A stretch of 64,000 nucleotides of DNA from Candidatus Binatia bacterium (GCA_963664395.2 OY761159.2:3200001-3264000); one strand, 5' to 3'. Shown: positions 40,539-51,006, counted from the stretch's first letter. Translations and numbers: made by a program. Notes: generated by a model not told the origin, from the sequence alone.

Positions 40539-43500
40539 ATGCGTCCACAAAAACTCAGTCTCAAAAATTTCATGCCCTTTCGGGTGACAGGAGATCAGGT
40601 CCACGAAGTTGACTTTTCGCAACTTGACCTCTTCTCCATCACCGGACCCATGGCCAGTGGAAAGTCTGCGCTGATCGACGCTATTGTGTGGTGCCTGTAT
40701 GGCCGCACGGCCCGGTATGGGTCAGATTCAAAAGGTGTGATCTCAACCGGTGAGAATACGTGCGAAGTTGCGCTCGACTTCACTATTGGCGAGCGGTGGT
40801 TCCGAGCGGTTCGTAGAACGGGCAAAATTACAGATTCCGGTCTCAGCGAACGCGAAGGCGAAGAGTGGATACAAGATAAATCCGGGTCCGCGCTACTCAC
40901 CAAGCGCATTGAAGAACTCTTGGGTCTCGATTTTGACAGCTTCACCAAAACCGTCATTTTACCCCAAGGCCGCTACGCCGAGTTTCTGACCAGTGAGCCG
41001 AGCAAGCGACGTGAGCTGCTGGCTAAAATTTTAGAACTTGGCGTATACGCGCGCGTGGCCGACCAGGCCAAACTTGTTGCCGGTCAAGCCAGAACCCGGG
41101 CCGAAACCCTGCGTGAAACCTTGGCCCAATACGCCGGGTTGAGTCAGGACCACATTGCTCTTCAGAAAGAAGAGCTTTCCAAACTCATACGACACATTGA
41201 ACAAATCGCTCAGCAAGAGCAACTATTGCAAGGTGTGGCCCAACACGTCGATCAAGTAGCCGGCTTGCGAAGGCGTGTCGCTGAGCTTCAGACAGAAGTG
41301 CAGGCGCGTCATCAAGAGAAAGAGCTGGCGCAAAAGAAGGCCGATGAGGTCACTGTCCAGGGTGCTGGACTGGCCAATGAATTAGCAAAGATCGGTCAAG
41401 AACGAGAAGCGCTGGGATATGATGCGGCGCGACACGAGGTCGTCAAACGGGCCGTTGCCCATCTCAACGCATGGGCCGGGGCTCAAAAGGAAGCCGACCG
41501 GAAAAACGCCGAACGGACCGCTGTCCAGGGAGAAGTTGATACCCTTATTCAACAGATCGCAGCACACACGCGCCAAGTCGAACAGGCGCGGTCTCGGTAT
41601 CAGTCTCACACTGCCGGGTTTGAGCAGCTTGTTGCCGAAGCGGGCAACGTGGCCGCGCTGACGGAAAAGCTCGGTGCGGCAAAACGCTGGAAAGAGCTGC
41701 AACAGGAACAGCAGCGACTCACCGCTCGGATAGATTCCCTGCGTCAAAAACAAACCTCGACCCAACACACTCTGGATGACCTGAAACAGCAGGAAGTGAA
41801 CCACGAGCAGACCGCCCGGGAATTGAAAGAAAAACTCGACCGCGCAAAAGAAGACGAGCAGCAAAAACGCCAACTGCGGGCTGAAGCTGAGCTCCTTGGC
41901 CGAGAACTGCAAGAGGCGGCCAAAGGAGAGAAACGGGTTCAATCTGAATGCGAGACTGCTGGTACTGCGCTTACCAAAGCCGAACACACGGTGCAGCACG
42001 TCCGGCCCGCGCTCGCCCAGGCCGAAGCGCAAGAGCAAGCGGCCCGCACCGCGCTTGAGGACAACCAACGTCGGCACGAAGCCGTACATCTACGCGCGAC
42101 GCTTCACGTCGGCGACGCCTGCCCTGTGTGTCAGACGATTGTCAGCGAAATTCTCGCTGTTCAAGAAGCGGGGGACGACCTGAAGATGCGTCAGGCTCAA
42201 ATGGAACGTGCCAAACAGACCGCTGAGCAAAGACGCAAAGAAGCGCAGGAAGCAAGCGCTGCTGTTGCCGCACGACAGGCGAAGCGTGATGCTGCGGAGC
42301 AGGAGCTTAAAGAACGCGTCCGCGTCCGGCAAGAAGTCCAAGACCGATTCGTGTCACGTTTCCCTGGCTATGCGTCTCTGTCCGAAGCGCTCGGTGCTTT
42401 ACAGGCCCAACAAAAAGAGCTGGGCGCAACGCTCAAAGACGTTGCAGTCCGGACGGCGTCCGCCGAGCAGGCAAAAGTGAACCTGGTACGCCAACGTGAA
42501 ACCGTGCAACAAGAAGAGGCAAAGCTGGGTGAAGCGCTGCGAGGGACAACCGAAAGGCTGGACACCGATACACGTCAGTTAGAAGTGCTTGGTCGTGAGA
42601 TTGCAGCGTTTCTCACCCCGCATGAAGACCCCGAGCAGAGTGTGGCCCAACGCCGGACTATGGTGACGCAGGCTGAGCAACAGATGAAAGAGTCAGAGAA
42701 AGTCTTACGTCAGGCAGAATCGGCCCTCAACTCGCTGAACACAACGCAAGCCCGAAAAGAGGGCGACCTCAAAGTGCTCGCCTCTCAACATGAAACTGCG
42801 CTAGGACGATCAGATCGCGAAGCGCAAGCCGCCCGAGCCTGCCTTGGGCTGGCGGAAGACGCGTCTCTGCCAAAGACCGAAGAAATAGAGGGCGAACTCA
42901 ACGCACTGTCACACAAGCAAACCCAGCACGCAGATTTGTCGCAGCGCGAAGAAAAAGTGCAGGCCCGGCGAGCACAGGCCGAACGTCAGGCCGCCGAGTC
43001 GCACGCCGACCTTCAAGCCCGGATGCGCATGTTGGAAGAATCGCAGCAGAAGCAGCGGCAGGCTCAGAGCAGGCTCGAAAAAGAACGGGAAGAGCTTCAG
43101 GCGGCGATTGCACAACACAACTTCGCTAACGCCGGCGAGGACGGAGAGCATATCAAACCACAACTTGAAGCTGTCCGAGGGCGAATGATGTCTCTCCAAG
43201 AACACCGCGGGCGTTTAGAGGCTGAACAGACCGAAGCCGAACGCCGCTGGCAGGAGAAAGAGCAAGAAGAAGAAAAGCTGCACGCCACAGAAACCGAAGA
43301 GCGTTTGGCCTCGGACCTGCGCAAGCTCCTGGGTTCGGAGTTTACTGACTTTCTTTCGCGTGGAGCCATAGAGGCCCTGATGCACGATGCGTCCGGCCAC
43401 CTGCACCGTCTCACCCACGGGCGGTATACGTTTGACATTGCGTATCGTGGGCGGGCCATTGCGCTTCAAATTGTTGACCACGAAGATCAACGCCGCGCCC

Positions 43501-43820
43501 GGCCTACCCATTCACTGTCCGGCGGAGAAACGTTTTTAGCGTCACTCGCTATTGCGTTAGCGCTCTCACAAGGCTTTCGGACCGTTGCGACGGGACGCGC
43601 AGCCCAGACCTCAACCGAATGCCTGATCTTGGACGAAGGCTTTGGGACGTTGGATCGTGAAGGTGTGCAGATGGTCACGGAAACCCTGCAAGAGCTGCGG
43701 GGCGAAGAAGGCCGGATGGTCGGTATTATTACCCATGTCGAAGAAGTCGCCGCAGCCATGCCCATGCGGATAGAAGTGCGCAAAGGTGGCAGGACGAGCG
43801 AGATTACGGTATCAGGCTAG
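40539..43820 (+). CDS. sbcC: SbcC/Rad50 SMC-like ATPase
   Basis: GPMASGKS, LPQG, long coiled coil with CPVC zinc hook, LSGGE, LDEGFGTLD, ITH. Confidence 0.93.
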   Translation: MRPQKLSLKNFMPFRVTGDQVHEVDFSQLDLFSITGPMASGKSALIDAIVWCLYGRTARYGSDSKGVISTGENTCEVALDFTIGERWFRAVRRTGKITDSGLSEREGEEWIQDKSGSALLTKRIEELLGLDFDSFTKTVILPQGRYAEFLTSEPSKRRELLAKILELGVYARVADQAKLVAGQARTRAETLRETLAQYAGLSQDHIALQKEELSKLIRHIEQIAQQEQLLQGVAQHVDQVAGLRRRVAELQTEVQARHQEKELAQKKADEVTVQGAGLANELAKIGQEREALGYDAARHEVVKRAVAHLNAWAGAQKEADRKNAERTAVQGEVDTLIQQIAAHTRQVEQARSRYQSHTAGFEQLVAEAGNVAALTEKLGAAKRWKELQQEQQRLTARIDSLRQKQTSTQHTLDDLKQQEVNHEQTARELKEKLDRAKEDEQQKRQLRAEAELLGRELQEAAKGEKRVQSECETAGTALTKAEHTVQHVRPALAQAEAQEQAARTALEDNQRRHEAVHLRATLHVGDACPVCQTIVSEILAVQEAGDDLKMRQAQMERAKQTAEQRRKEAQEASAAVAARQAKRDAAEQELKERVRVRQEVQDRFVSRFPGYASLSEALGALQAQQKELGATLKDVAVRTASAEQAKVNLVRQRETVQQEEAKLGEALRGTTERLDTDTRQLEVLGREIAAFLTPHEDPEQSVAQRRTMVTQAEQQMKESEKVLRQAESALNSLNTTQARKEGDLKVLASQHETALGRSDREAQAARACLGLAEDASLPKTEEIEGELNALSHKQTQHADLSQREEKVQARRAQAERQAAESHADLQARMRMLEESQQKQRQAQSRLEKEREELQAAIAQHNFANAGEDGEHIKPQLEAVRGRMMSLQEHRGRLEAEQTEAERRWQEKEQEEEKLHATETEERLASDLRKLLGSEFTDFLSRGAIEALMHDASGHLHRLTHGRYTFDIAYRGRAIALQIVDHEDQRRARPTHSLSGGETFLASLAIALALSQGFRTVATGRAAQTSTECLILDEGFGTLDREGVQMVTETLQELRGEEGRMVGIITHVEEVAAAMPMRIEVRKGGRTSEITVSG

Positions 43821-43859
43821 GCATTCACTACCTGGAAGAGAACGTTAAGGAGGAGGGTC

Positions 43860-44729
43860 ATGGCACTGCATTCAGAAACGGTCGGCCTTGTCGGACAACC
43901 TGTTGTCAGCGAAATCGATCCCCGCTGGGTCATGTCGTACGCGGCCGGGCTCGACGATTATTTACCCTGTTATATGGACACCTGCCGGCCGGACGGGATC
44001 GTTGCCCATCCGCTCTTTCCGGTCTGTATCGAGTGGCCGGTCATGCTCGCCATGCGAGACAGTGCCCTGAAACGAGAAGAGGCCCTACGGGGCGTGCATG
44101 CCACGCACGATCTGGTCATTCACCGTCTTATCCGGGCGGGTGAAAAATTGACGACCCAGGCAACCGTGGCCGGCGTTGAACAGCGCAGGCCGGGGGCCTA
44201 CCAGACCGTCCGTTTTGATACCCGAGACGCCGCCGGCCTGCCGGTCTGTTCGACCTGGTACGGGACTCTCTTTCGGGGGGTTGATGTCGAGGGGGAGGAC
44301 ATCCCGGTCTCCGACCTGCCGGCCCCATTGGAAGCCCTCAATGAATCCAGCCCGACGAAGGCGGAAATCCCGGTGTCGATTGCCGCCGGGGCGGCCCATG
44401 TCTATACCGAGTGCGCGCGCATCTGGAACCCTATCCATACCGACCCGGCGGTCGCCGAGCAGTACGGATTGCCGGGGCTGATCCTGCACGGAACCGCAAC
44501 GCTCGCGCATGGCATCTCCCGTGTCATTGCCGAGGAAACCGACGGTCACCCGGAACGGGTGAAACGGATAACCGGGCGTTTTGGTGCCATGGTGTTCATG
44601 CCCTCACACCTGACCGTCCGTATCGTGTCGCGGGAAGCGAGCGCGGAGGGCGATGTGGTGCGGTTTGAGATGCGGACTGAGGAGGGCAAACCCGCGATTC
44701 GGGACGGGGCCGTTGTTTTAGGTCAATAA
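43860..44729 (+). CDS. MaoC/(R)-specific enoyl-CoA hydratase (double hot-dog)
   Basis: VHATHD, YTECARIWNPIHTD..ILHG. Confidence 0.85.
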   Translation: MALHSETVGLVGQPVVSEIDPRWVMSYAAGLDDYLPCYMDTCRPDGIVAHPLFPVCIEWPVMLAMRDSALKREEALRGVHATHDLVIHRLIRAGEKLTTQATVAGVEQRRPGAYQTVRFDTRDAAGLPVCSTWYGTLFRGVDVEGEDIPVSDLPAPLEALNESSPTKAEIPVSIAAGAAHVYTECARIWNPIHTDPAVAEQYGLPGLILHGTATLAHGISRVIAEETDGHPERVKRITGRFGAMVFMPSHLTVRIVSREASAEGDVVRFEMRTEEGKPAIRDGAVVLGQ

Positions 44730-44766
44730 AGGCGCAGTCAATAAGGACACGGCGAAGGAGGGGCGT

Positions 44767-45774
44767 ATGCAACGCGGACTGATTTTCCCCGGAGGCGGGA
44801 TGTCGCAGCGCGACATGATGGTCGTGGCCAAAGAAGCCGAAGCGGCCGGTTTTGATTCTCTGTATGTCACCGAAGCCTGGCGCAGCGCGTTCGTGCCGTT
44901 GACCGCGCTCGCCCTGGCAACCGAACGAGTCCGTATCGGTTCCTACGTGCTGAATGCCTACGGACGCAGCCCTTTTATTGCCGGCATGAGCGCGGTTGAT
45001 GTGGACGAGATTTCCGGCGGGCGGCTGCTGCTTGGGGTCGGCAGCGGTAACCGCCATATTAACGCCGAATGGCAGGGCGTCCCACATGAAAAGCCCTATC
45101 AGAAAATGACCGAGTATATTGAAAACCTCAAACAAATCGTCCGTACTCCGGCCGGCTCGCGCGTCTCATACCAAGGCGAAATTCATAGCATGGACTGGGT
45201 GCCGGCAGTGACACCCGTCCGCGAGAGTATTCCCATATACATTTCCGCCATTTTTCCACGTATGGTCCGCGTCGCCGGCCGGGTCGCGGATGGCATCGCC
45301 ATGGGCGCGATATTATCCGCGCCGTACGCGCGTGATGTGATTCAGCCCGCAGCCCGAAAATCTGCGGAAGAGGCGGACCGGGACCCGCACGCCCTCGGTT
45401 TTCTGATGGGTTCGTTCGTCTCGGTGCATGAAGAGCGTGAGGTCGCCCGCCAGGCCGCGCGTGAAGCAATCTGCCGTCTCTTCGCTCCGCTGCCGCATCC
45501 GTATTACGAGTACATGCTGCGGGAGCAGGGTTTCTCGTCTGCCGCGGACGCAGCGTTAAAATATGTGCCTGAGGGGAATATCCAGAAAGCGGCAGAGGCG
45601 ATGACCGACGAAATAATTGACACTGTCACCATTGCCGGGACCCCCGAAGAGTGCCGCCGCCGTCTGGCCGAGTATGAGGGCGTGGTGGACGAGGTGATTT
45701 TTGTCAACGTGTCGTACGCGGACGGGGAGGGCGCCGGCATGCTGGAGGGGTATCGGGGTTTGTTGGCGGTGTAG
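44767..45774 (+). CDS. LLM-class flavin/F420-dependent oxidoreductase
   Basis: AEAAGFDSLYVTE, DEISGGRLLLGVGSG, AGRVADG. Confidence 0.88.
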   Translation: MQRGLIFPGGGMSQRDMMVVAKEAEAAGFDSLYVTEAWRSAFVPLTALALATERVRIGSYVLNAYGRSPFIAGMSAVDVDEISGGRLLLGVGSGNRHINAEWQGVPHEKPYQKMTEYIENLKQIVRTPAGSRVSYQGEIHSMDWVPAVTPVRESIPIYISAIFPRMVRVAGRVADGIAMGAILSAPYARDVIQPAARKSAEEADRDPHALGFLMGSFVSVHEEREVARQAAREAICRLFAPLPHPYYEYMLREQGFSSAADAALKYVPEGNIQKAAEAMTDEIIDTVTIAGTPEECRRRLAEYEGVVDEVIFVNVSYADGEGAGMLEGYRGLLAV

Positions 45775-45824
45775 TGTCTCTGCTGGTCCGAAGGCACGCT
45801 TACGATAAAAGCTTGCTCAATGAG

Positions 45825-46562
45825 TCAGCGCGTCTGTGCGAGGCGGGCCAAAGAGCCGTCGCGGGGGAGGGCGATCCAACCTTCTCGTTTGGCGGCCGCC
45901 ATATGCTCCTGTGGAATGGGTTCGATCTGATCCGTGGCGGCCGCCCGAGCGATAAGAGTGGCCACGACCGCATCAAGCGCATCGTCGCTTTTCTCACATG
46001 CGCGTTGTGCATCAACCGGCCAATCCAGCCAGGTTTTTGTGGCGGTAATCAAACGGCGCGTCAACACCCGTCGTTTTTCCTCGCTCGGCTTCTTTTTGTA
46101 TCCGGTGGAAGGGAAACCCCAAATATGCAGAGCAGCGGCGGGATACACCTCGACAAAGCGACCGTGGCCACTGCGATCGATCCGTCCGTTCTCGGAGAGT
46201 AATCGGGCGGCGCGCATGGCCGTGACACCGATCAGGTCCGATGACACGCTCAACGGCCAGCGCTTGATGCGCTCACGCACGATATGATCCGTCACTCGGT
46301 ATCTGAGCGAAGCGGTACCGACCGCCGGCCACACGTTCCGACGCTGGTGCGTGTAAACGGCGGCGGCGAATGCGGTCGGCCAGCCGAACGGGGCGTCGAT
46401 GCCGATCTTGTTCGAGCGGCCAAATATCTCCAGTAGGGTCGCGTCGTCTGCTCCACACCGAAGCTCAATGATCCGGGCTTTCGGCTTGACCCATTCGATG
46501 AGGCAATACGCCGTATTCTCCGGCTGTGCCGCCAAATCGACGCCGAGCGTCGTGTGTGACAC
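45825..46562 (-). CDS. DUF429 family predicted nuclease (RNase H-like fold)
   Basis: LGVDLAA, IGIDAPFGWP, VEVYPAAAL, DDALDA, EGWI. Confidence 0.82.
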   Translation of the reverse strand: MSHTTLGVDLAAQPENTAYCLIEWVKPKARIIELRCGADDATLLEIFGRSNKIGIDAPFGWPTAFAAAVYTHQRRNVWPAVGTASLRYRVTDHIVRERIKRWPLSVSSDLIGVTAMRAARLLSENGRIDRSGHGRFVEVYPAAALHIWGFPSTGYKKKPSEEKRRVLTRRLITATKTWLDWPVDAQRACEKSDDALDAVVATLIARAAATDQIEPIPQEHMAAAKREGWIALPRDGSLARLAQTR

Positions 46563-46662
46563 CTGGAACCTCGCGCCAACTATTTTTGGAACGGCGGACT
46601 TCCTTTAAAGCTTATGTATATGGATCAGTTTATGGCCAAGTAAGTGGGTATTTTAGGGGGAA

Positions 46663-46693
46663 GTCGGCAAGGGACTCGGAGCCCCTTGCCGAC
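46663..46693. terminator. Hairpin downstream of the CMD gene
   Basis: GTCGGCAAGGG..CCCTTGCCGAC 11-bp stem. Confidence 0.6.
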
Positions 46694-46698
46694 GCCCG

Positions 46699-47079
46699 TT
46701 ACTCGCTCTTGGCTTTCTTCTCGTCGATGCTGTCGAACACCTGTTTGGCGATGCGCAGGCCGTTGACGCCGACCGGCCAGCCGCCGTAGTGGGCCAGGTG
46801 GATCATGATCTCGTTGATCTTGTCCCGGCTGATGCCGATGTTCAGCGCGCCGCGGATGTGGACCTTGAGTTCCGGGTCGCGGCCCAGCACGGTCAGAGCG
46901 GCCATGGTAATCATCGAGCGCTCTTGAATGGCCAGGCCGTCCCGGCCCCAAATATCGCCGAACAGATTTTTTACCGTGATGTCCAGAAAATCTTCGTGCA
47001 TGCTGCCCGGTCGGGGTTCTACGCCGAAGAGTTCTTTCATCTTTGCCGCACCCTTTTGATAGCGTTCGGAATCTGCCAT
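46699..47079 (-). CDS. Carboxymuconolactone decarboxylase family protein
   Basis: FGDIWGR..ERSMITMAAL..ELKVHIRGALN..HYGGWP. Confidence 0.88.
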   Translation of the reverse strand: MADSERYQKGAAKMKELFGVEPRPGSMHEDFLDITVKNLFGDIWGRDGLAIQERSMITMAALTVLGRDPELKVHIRGALNIGISRDKINEIMIHLAHYGGWPVGVNGLRIAKQVFDSIDEKKAKSE

Positions 47080-47198
47080 ATCTGCCTCCTTCATACGTTG
47101 TGAGATATAAACCGGACCCTTGCCCGGCAAGAGTCCATTGTTTAGTATCAGACCGACTATTCTGTCGTCAAAACAGGGCGACTGAAAAAGAGTGCTTG

Positions 47199-47519
47199 AT
47201 GTCTCTCGAAATCACAGTCCACGAACTCCACGCCAAACGAAACGCCGGTGAAGACTTTGTGCTGCTCGATGTGCGAGAGGCTGAAGAAGTTGCTCTTGTT
47301 CAGCTTCCGAACTCGGTTCACATTCCGATGGGTGATATCCCCGGCCGCTTGCACGAACTCGATCCTGATTCCGAGATTGTGGCCTACTGCCATCATGGGG
47401 TGCGGAGTCTGCACGTTGTCCACTTCCTGCGTCAACACGACTTTGAGCAGGTCGTGAGTCTTGCCGGGGGCATTGATGCCTGGGCGGTTGAAGTCGAACC
47501 TGGTCTGCCCCGATATTAA
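47199..47519 (+). CDS. Rhodanese-like protein
   Basis: LLDVRE, YCHHGVRS, LAGGIDAW. Confidence 0.9.
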   Translation: MSLEITVHELHAKRNAGEDFVLLDVREAEEVALVQLPNSVHIPMGDIPGRLHELDPDSEIVAYCHHGVRSLHVVHFLRQHDFEQVVSLAGGIDAWAVEVEPGLPRY

Positions 47520-47570
47520 AATCGAAGAGCGAAACTTTCTCTCCAAAGTCTGTGTTGAGACAGGAATACT

Positions 47571-48800
47571 ATGAGTGAACAACCTTCCCCCCTCCCTCAG
47601 GCCCCCGGCCCTCTGCACGGTATTCGCGTGGTTGAATGTGGTCACATGGTTGCGGCTGCGTATGCGGGTAAGCTGATGGCCGACCTTGGCGCGGAGGTGA
47701 TCAAGGTCGAAGAACCGAGCGGCGACCTTGCCCGGCAGCGAGGACCGTATCCGGGTCATACGCCCCATCCCGAGAAAAGTGGACTGTTTCTGTACCTGAA
47801 TGCCAATAAGCGTGGGGTGACACTGAACCTGGAGATGGCAAAAGGCCAAGAGTTATTCCGGCGACTGGTCAAAGACGCGGATGCCGTAGTCCATAATTAT
47901 CATCCCACCCGGATATCTTCCCTTGGTTTGGAGTATGAGGCACTGGCCCAGCACAATCCCAGTCTGGTCATGACCTCGATTTCACCCTTTGGACAAACCG
48001 GGCCGCGCCGGGAGTACACCGCGCATGATTTAACAATGTGGAGCGCGGGGGGCATTGTCTTCCTCGGCGGAGCGGGCGGACGCCCCGACCTGCCGCCCCT
48101 CAAGGCAGCCGGTCAACAGGCCGGATTCCAGGCCGGGGTCAACGCGGGCATTGCCTCTTTGGCTGCCCTGTATGCACGCCTCAGGAGTGGCACAGGCCAG
48201 CACATCGATATCTCGGTTCAAGAGTGTTTGGTCGCCATTATGGAGAATAACTATATTGCCTGGCCGTACGACCGGACGACGCCGTCGAGGTTAGGCTTTC
48301 GGTTGATTCCCCAAGATGTCTTGCAGTGCCGAGATGGCTATATTTATGTGCTCGCGGTTGAAGAGCACCAGTGGCAAAACGCGGTTGAGTTAATGGGAAA
48401 TCCGGAATGGGCGGACACCGAGCTCTTCCAGGATTTTGTGTCTCGCTCGGTCAACTGGGACGCCTTGAAACCACTGCTGGAAGATTGGCTGCAGGACAAG
48501 TCGGTCCAAGAGGTGTACCACGGCGCGCAAAAACGGCGCGTGCCTTTCGCTCCGGTTTCGACCATGGGCGATCTGCTCAAATCCGAACATCTCAATGCGC
48601 GGGGGTTTTTTGCCGAGATTGGTCATCCTGAAGTTGGTGCTCTCCGCTATCCGGGTGCGCCGTTCAAGTTTTCCGCCTCGCCGTGGACACTGCGCAGTCC
48701 GGCCCCGTGCTTGGGCCAACACAATGAGGAAGTCTACTGTGGGCAGCTTGGGCTTACGCCACAAGAATTGAAATCGTTGCAAGCAACGAAGGTGATTTGA
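47571..48800 (+). CDS. CaiB/BaiF CoA-transferase (first of pair)
   Basis: LHGIRVVE, LNANKRGVTLNL, ISPFGQTGP. Confidence 0.9.
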   Translation: MSEQPSPLPQAPGPLHGIRVVECGHMVAAAYAGKLMADLGAEVIKVEEPSGDLARQRGPYPGHTPHPEKSGLFLYLNANKRGVTLNLEMAKGQELFRRLVKDADAVVHNYHPTRISSLGLEYEALAQHNPSLVMTSISPFGQTGPRREYTAHDLTMWSAGGIVFLGGAGGRPDLPPLKAAGQQAGFQAGVNAGIASLAALYARLRSGTGQHIDISVQECLVAIMENNYIAWPYDRTTPSRLGFRLIPQDVLQCRDGYIYVLAVEEHQWQNAVELMGNPEWADTELFQDFVSRSVNWDALKPLLEDWLQDKSVQEVYHGAQKRRVPFAPVSTMGDLLKSEHLNARGFFAEIGHPEVGALRYPGAPFKFSASPWTLRSPAPCLGQHNEEVYCGQLGLTPQELKSLQATKVI

Positions 48801-48811
48801 AGGAAAACGGT

Positions 48812-50029
48812 ATGCCAAACACACTCCCCCTCGAAGGCGTTCGTGTCGCAGATTTTACCTGGGTATGGGCCGGACCGTTTTGTACTTTGCAATTGGCCCA
48901 TCTGGGAGCCGAGGTCATTCGGATTGAGTCGGAGAGCCGACTGTGTATCACCCGGCGTATTCCCCCTGTCGCGGATGGAGAGGCCGGGCATAACCGCTGC
49001 GGGTATTTTAATCAGTACAACCAGGGAAAACACTCGATTTGCCTCAACCTGAAAAAGTCGCAAGGGCTGGAAGTCGCAAAAAAGCTGGTCGCGGCAAGCG
49101 ATATTGTTGCTGAGAATTTTGCCGCGGGCGTAATGGACAAGATGGGGTTGGGATACGATACACTCAAGGCCGTTAAGTCCGATATCATTATGATTGCGCT
49201 CTCCGGCTATGGTGCGACCGGACCGGAAAGTCCGTATGTGTCGTACGGTCCGGCCCAGGTGCCGATGAGTGGGCTGGCGTCCATGACCGGCTTTCCTGAC
49301 TCACGCCCGATGAGTGTGGGGTTTTCCTATGGTGATCCGAACGGTGGTCTGCATGGCGCTTTTGCCGTGTTAGCCGCGTTGATGCACCGCGCCCGCACCG
49401 GAGAGGGGCAGTATATTGACTTGTCGCAGTGGGAGACCTCGCTCGCTCTTGTGGGGGAGGGGATCATGGCCCAGGAAATGAATGGGGCCGCGCCGCAGCG
49501 GATCGGCAATCGAGATCTCTATATGGCTCCGCACGGTCTGTTCCGCTGTCAGGGAGACGATCGCTGGGTCAGTATTGTTGTGGCAGATGACGCCGAATGG
49601 CAGCAGCTGTGCGCCGCCATGGGGAAAACAGAGCTGGCAAACGATGTGCGTTTTGCGACCCTGGCAGCCCGTAAGCACAATGAAGACACCTTAGAAGCCG
49701 CTGTCACGGAATGGACCGCGACGCTGTCCGCGGAAGAGGTCACCCGCACGCTCCAGGCCGCCGGGCTGGCCGCCTTTCCTGCCATGACCAATAAGGAATT
49801 GGCAGAAGACGAGCACCTGCGCTCTCGCGACTTCTTCGCTGAACTTGAGCATCCGGAAATCGGCGTCCGGCAGCATGCCGGCGTGCCGTGGAACTTCTCT
49901 GATACGCCCTGCCGGGTGCGTCGGCCCGCTCCGTGTTTAGGCCAGGACAGCGCAGACGTTTTGCAGCGGGTGTTGGGCTATTCGGCAGACGAAGTAGCCA
50001 CGCTCAAGGACAATGAGGTCTTAACGTAG
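48812..50029 (+). CDS. CaiB/BaiF CoA-transferase (second of pair)
   Basis: LEGVRVADFTWVWAGP, NQGKHSICLNLK, AENF, YGD. Confidence 0.9.
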   Translation: MPNTLPLEGVRVADFTWVWAGPFCTLQLAHLGAEVIRIESESRLCITRRIPPVADGEAGHNRCGYFNQYNQGKHSICLNLKKSQGLEVAKKLVAASDIVAENFAAGVMDKMGLGYDTLKAVKSDIIMIALSGYGATGPESPYVSYGPAQVPMSGLASMTGFPDSRPMSVGFSYGDPNGGLHGAFAVLAALMHRARTGEGQYIDLSQWETSLALVGEGIMAQEMNGAAPQRIGNRDLYMAPHGLFRCQGDDRWVSIVVADDAEWQQLCAAMGKTELANDVRFATLAARKHNEDTLEAAVTEWTATLSAEEVTRTLQAAGLAAFPAMTNKELAEDEHLRSRDFFAELEHPEIGVRQHAGVPWNFSDTPCRVRRPAPCLGQDSADVLQRVLGYSADEVATLKDNEVLT

Positions 50030-50063
50030 GCGCGGCTGGCTTCCCTCAAAAGAAAGCCCTCCC

Positions 50064-50501
50064 ATGCGATTATCTCTGCGATTAGCTCTCCGCCTTCCCC
50101 TTTTGCTTGCCGGGCTGCTTCTGCTGCAATGCGTGATAGTCCGCCCGGTGGATGCGCAGTTTGGCGGCATGCTGATGGAGCTGTATGGGATAGTCAGCTT
50201 TGCGCCGGGCAGTCAGGTGGTGACGCTCGCCGTTGGAAAAGGAGAGACCCTGCGCTTTCGGGTACAGGATGTGAAGAGCCGTCATCCCGACTTCTCGGTG
50301 GTGACCTTTCTGTCCGAAATTCGTCACCGCCAGCCGAATCTGTATATCAAGGGCCCGGCTCACTATGTGGACATGTTGCGTACAGAAGAGCCCGAAAAAC
50401 GTCTGCTCAGACTCACCGGCTTATACTATGCCAATGCCCGAAACTTTGTGCTGAGTCGAGTGCGGCCGGTCCGACCCGGTGAGCAACAACAACGGTTTTA
50501 G
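50064..50501 (+). CDS. Hypothetical exported protein
   Basis: Signal-peptide-like N-terminus ending VDA; co-oriented with neighbours. Confidence 0.6.
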   Translation: MRLSLRLALRLPLLLAGLLLLQCVIVRPVDAQFGGMLMELYGIVSFAPGSQVVTLAVGKGETLRFRVQDVKSRHPDFSVVTFLSEIRHRQPNLYIKGPAHYVDMLRTEEPEKRLLRLTGLYYANARNFVLSRVRPVRPGEQQQRF

Positions 50502-50512
50502 GTAGGGGTAGG

Positions 50513-50970
50513 ATGAGTGAAAAAAAGAAAGCGATTGTGGTCGGCGTTGGAGCCGAAGTTGGGGTTGGCTGCCTGGGCGGCTTTCTGGTTGGCCGGGAAG
50601 CCGGGAAGCCGGCCGGCGCATGATTCCCCGCGGCCGGGGGACCATTATTTTTAGCGGGGCGACCGCCTCGATTAAGGGTCGGCCGCCGTTTGGTTCATTT
50701 GCCGCAGCCAAGGCGGCCCTGCGCTCGCTGTCGCAAACCATGGCGCGCGATTGGGGACCGCAGGGGATACACGTGGCGCATGTGATTATCGACGGTGGCA
50801 TTAACGGCGACCTGCTGAATACGCGCGCCCCGCAGTTGAAGGCGCAGCGCGGGGAAGACGGTCTGTTGGGTGTGAATGCCATTGCGGATACCTATTGGCA
50901 TCTCTATACCCAGGATAAAACCGCCTGGGCCCAGGAAATCGATCTGCGACCGTATAAAGAAACGTTTTAA
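50513..50970 (+). pseudogene. SDR oxidoreductase pseudogene (internal deletion plus 8-nt duplication)
   Basis: MSEKKKAIVVGVGAEVGVG jumps directly to CLGGFLVGREA; GGGAAGCC duplicated; C-half has GATAS..FAAAK..HVAHVIIDG..EIDLRP. Confidence 0.8.
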
Positions 50971-51006
50971 GCCTGGGGCCGGTCGGGGCCAAAAGAAGGG
51001 GAAGGT

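Noticed and set aside
45825-46562. DUF429 nuclease as part of the nurA-herA-sbcDC system
   Set aside because: It is on the opposite strand and separated by two metabolic genes
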